Source: an uncultured Paenibacillus sp.
GTDB lineage: Bacteria; Bacillota; Bacilli; Paenibacillales; Paenibacillaceae
NCBI GenBank assembly: GCA_927443375.1
Contig: CAKMKL010000050.1
Coordinates: forward strand, 1-62,986
Direction: 5' to 3'
Length of the DNA: 62,986 bases
Of this stretch, positions 61,301 through 62,986 are shown piece by piece. The translations under genes were made by a program, and so were the position numbers. Positions within the stretch are counted from its first letter, which is position 1. Every line of letters starts with the position of its first letter. A model generated the notes under the pieces. It was not told the DNA's origin, made no database searches, and was given only the letters and a program-made list of their open reading frames with translations.

Positions 61301-62637
61301 GGGCTCTCCGGATCCGTTACTTTCTCATCTAATTTAAGATCGGATGGGGCCATTAAGATCGGCGTAATTTCAATGCCATTCATTACTCCGTTTGCACCGC
61401 CAACAATAAAGTTCATTTGCCCATCCATCACAAAAACTTGGGAGATCGTTGTATTTGTTACGGCATTTCTTCCTGGACCGATCGTGCCAGAATCAGTACC
61501 TTCGATATTAACGTTCGTTTTTATACTCCCTAAGAAATCCCCTACATACAACTTTACGGAATAAAGACCATTTGGCACATCCACTTTGAATTGCCAATTG
61601 CTTCCGGCAATCCAGTCGCGGAGCATGTCGCGGAGAGGTTCAGTACCCTGCCCGCGGTCACGACCGTACATACCTGTAGGATCAACAATTCCATAACCCA
61701 GATTAGGAGTGTAAAGAGTTGACAGATTGACTTCTTTATAGCCCTCCAAAACTGGAGAGCCGGCTAGACCGAAATCAAATTTTAAAGTCTTTGAAACAAC
61801 AAATGCTGAACTCGCTGCCATGTTGGAACCTTCGGACTGCCCGGCTTCATTTAAAGCTTTGACCTGATAATAATGAGGAACTGATGTGTCAACCATATCC
61901 GTATAAGACGTAATAATCACATCATTAGCTATCTGTTCAAATTGACCATCCTGCGTTTCGGAACGATAAACATTGTAACTCGTTGCATTCTCTGAAGCTG
62001 TCCATTGTAAGTTAACACCAGCTTCCGTGATACCGCTTACAAATAAATCGGAAGGAGCCTCCGGAATGGGAACAATCGGAATAACCTTTTGAATAACCAG
62101 TCCGTTGAGATAAGCGTTTCCACCGCTCACACCACTAAGTCCGACCGTTAATTGGCCGTCTGTTACTGTCGAACGGAAGGTTGATTCACTAACTGACTGC
62201 TTGGCTTGTACTACTCCTGCCTGAACCCCTTCAAGCATAACATTCAGCTTGCTTGTAGCTGTACCTGCTAACAAATCGCCAGAATAAACGGTAATATCAT
62301 AATCTCCGTTTGGCAAGTCTACCATGAAGGTGTAAGAAGAACCTACAACAAAATCATTCGTCATATCCGTGCCACCATCTCTTAGACGGGAAGCTATAGC
62401 TTGATCTAGTCCATAGCCCATTTCAGCAGTATATAAGGTGCCTGAATCTACTTTTGTAAAACCATCCATTACAGGACTTGTTGAGGTTCCGAAATCGAAG
62501 TTTCTCAACACCGCCTCATCAGCCCCATCTGCATAAACCGTCGAACCTACGAATGAAGCCGTCGGTATTAAAACATAAAATAAAAGGATTGCACTCATAA
62601 ACACAGTCATCGTACGTTTTGTTATGATTCTATGCAT
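58399..62637 (-). CDS. Multimodular secreted rhamnogalacturonan lyase (PL11, YesW/YesX-like)
   Basis: YSAND.SVGDLDGDG, NIRAGAHYTQF, GNRVDRFLA and QNVGYNQPPH motifs; Fn3 repeats; signal peptide; start 62637 behind GAGAGG. Confidence 0.93.
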   Translation of the reverse strand: MHRIITKRTMTVFMSAILLFYVLIPTASFVGSTVYADGADEAVLRNFDFGTSTSPVMDGFTKVDSGTLYTAEMGYGLDQAIASRLRDGGTDMTNDFVVGSSYTFMVDLPNGDYDITVYSGDLLAGTATSKLNVMLEGVQAGVVQAKQSVSESTFRSTVTDGQLTVGLSGVSGGNAYLNGLVIQKVIPIVPIPEAPSDLFVSGITEAGVNLQWTASENATSYNVYRSETQDGQFEQIANDVIITSYTDMVDTSVPHYYQVKALNEAGQSEGSNMAASSAFVVSKTLKFDFGLAGSPVLEGYKEVNLSTLYTPNLGYGIVDPTGMYGRDRGQGTEPLRDMLRDWIAGSNWQFKVDVPNGLYSVKLYVGDFLGSIKTNVNIEGTDSGTIGPGRNAVTNTTISQVFVMDGQMNFIVGGANGVMNGIEITPILMAPSDLKLDEKVTDPESPSVTLSWKGTSDAAKYNVYRKASEDAIFHLLGSTSTTSYLDNTVDVGITYEYQLTAVNESFMETKPTASISVSMQDSNVPIPHAPANPTVGVVNKNDLTFSWDPSEGAKTYNIYRTDKENGTFKLIGKTRETSYTDITVLTTIPYYYKVAAVSAGGVSEQSETVTTPAVTVLYRQAEFLDRALVAVKIDEGIYVGWKMLGTDPSNIAFNLYRDATKVNDKPITGATNLLDKNGKEASVYVLKTIGSDGKEKVDSKSASVWNKNYLSVPLQKPADGVTPSGEAYTYSANDTSVGDLDGDGTYELIVKWDGSSRDNSQSGYTSNVYLDAYKLDGTRLWRIDLGKNIRAGAHYTQFMVYDLDGDGKAEVTLKTADGTVDGTGQVIGDASADYRNTGGYILNGPEYLTMFDGMTGKAVTTTNYDPPRGVVTDWGDGYGNRVDRFLAAVAYLDGEHPSLIFSRGYYTRTVIVAYDYKNGQLVERWKFDTKDDQYGVAFEAQGDHNLSVGDVDGDGKDEITFGAMAIDDSGTPLYNTGLGHGDAGHLGDLDPTHPGLEFFNVHEHSNSPYGMDFRDAATGEVLWGVFTGIDTGRGMAADIDPNYPGEEVWAATITNAEHIPLTGLYSAQGERISMSIPSSTNFGIWWDGDLSRELLDNNHIDKWDYVNHTTNRLLTADGSLSNNGTKATPKLQADLFGDWREEAVWRSADSTELRIYTTTDLNDVRLRTLMHDPIYRLGIAWQNVGYNQPPHTSFFLGTGMEEPPAPKIQIAGTHSLPLAEGAPGKPVLSDNNVYDTGLKDGDYSVTMNMWWGNNGTKFNLYENGNLVNSVNMNDASPAAQSVKTDFSGKKNGTYVYTCELVNSLGTTKCDPLTVTVTDASPGQAVISHDNWDKDGSYKVTMNLWWGTNATKYELYENGTLVESQPLAALTPGSQSAITVISGKSPGTYTYQAKLINNAGETVSNSITVVVQK

Positions 62638-62986
62638 ACTTTCATCCTCTCTTTCTGTTTGCTTTATTATTTTCAACACGATCAGGTTGCTACTATTTCT
62701 GATACAAATATGAAGAACTCTTTTGATCACCTCCTTATATAATGGAAATCAGCATTCAAACTACTTTCCCATTTTCAATCTCATCAAGAACTGCCGCAAG
62801 CTGGTCACGTAATGAACTTCAAATATGCATCATTGGCGGACATAGATAGCCTTCCGGCAGACCCTTTGCTACACGAGACATTGTATACGCCGCCTAAGCG
62901 TTCGCTAGCGCCCAGTAGATACCAGACAGGTTAAGGAGAAGCAGACTTAATACTGTATTAAGAATGAAGCATGTCTAATATTAAAG

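Noticed and set aside
62750-62986. Gene at the right edge
   Set aside because: The frames I read are short or stop-interrupted, and I recognise no motif.

Overview
Chromosomal window from a spore-forming Bacillales genome, most likely Paenibacillus (inferred from gene content, the MrpA-MrpB fusion and the repeat type). It carries about 55 genes: housekeeping and signalling genes (diguanylate cyclase, HD-GYP, small alarmone synthetase, pdxK, lepB, amj), plant-polysaccharide enzymes (GH9, GH51, GH115, SGNH esterases, and an AT-richer terminal block with PL11, PL4 and CE12), sporulation loci (a gerKA-KC-KB-like operon, an ExsC-like/Asp-box/glycosyltransferase locus, a repeat-tailed cupin), cidA/lrgB, pksA-ymcC and a USP-mrp Na+/H+ antiporter operon. 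I found no rRNA, tRNA, CRISPR array or intact mobile element. The best candidates for undescribed biology are two promoter-short leader-terminator units: one in front of the USP-mrp operon and one behind an SOS box in front of a secreted coiled-coil gene. The putative spore-surface glycosylation locus is a third candidate. The window also shows much gene erosion: a nonsense codon in mrpA, deletion-stitched pseudogenes, a micro-inversion, ATT in place of ATG starts, and several G>T-type changes at conserved residues. Family assignments come from motif recognition, not database searches.
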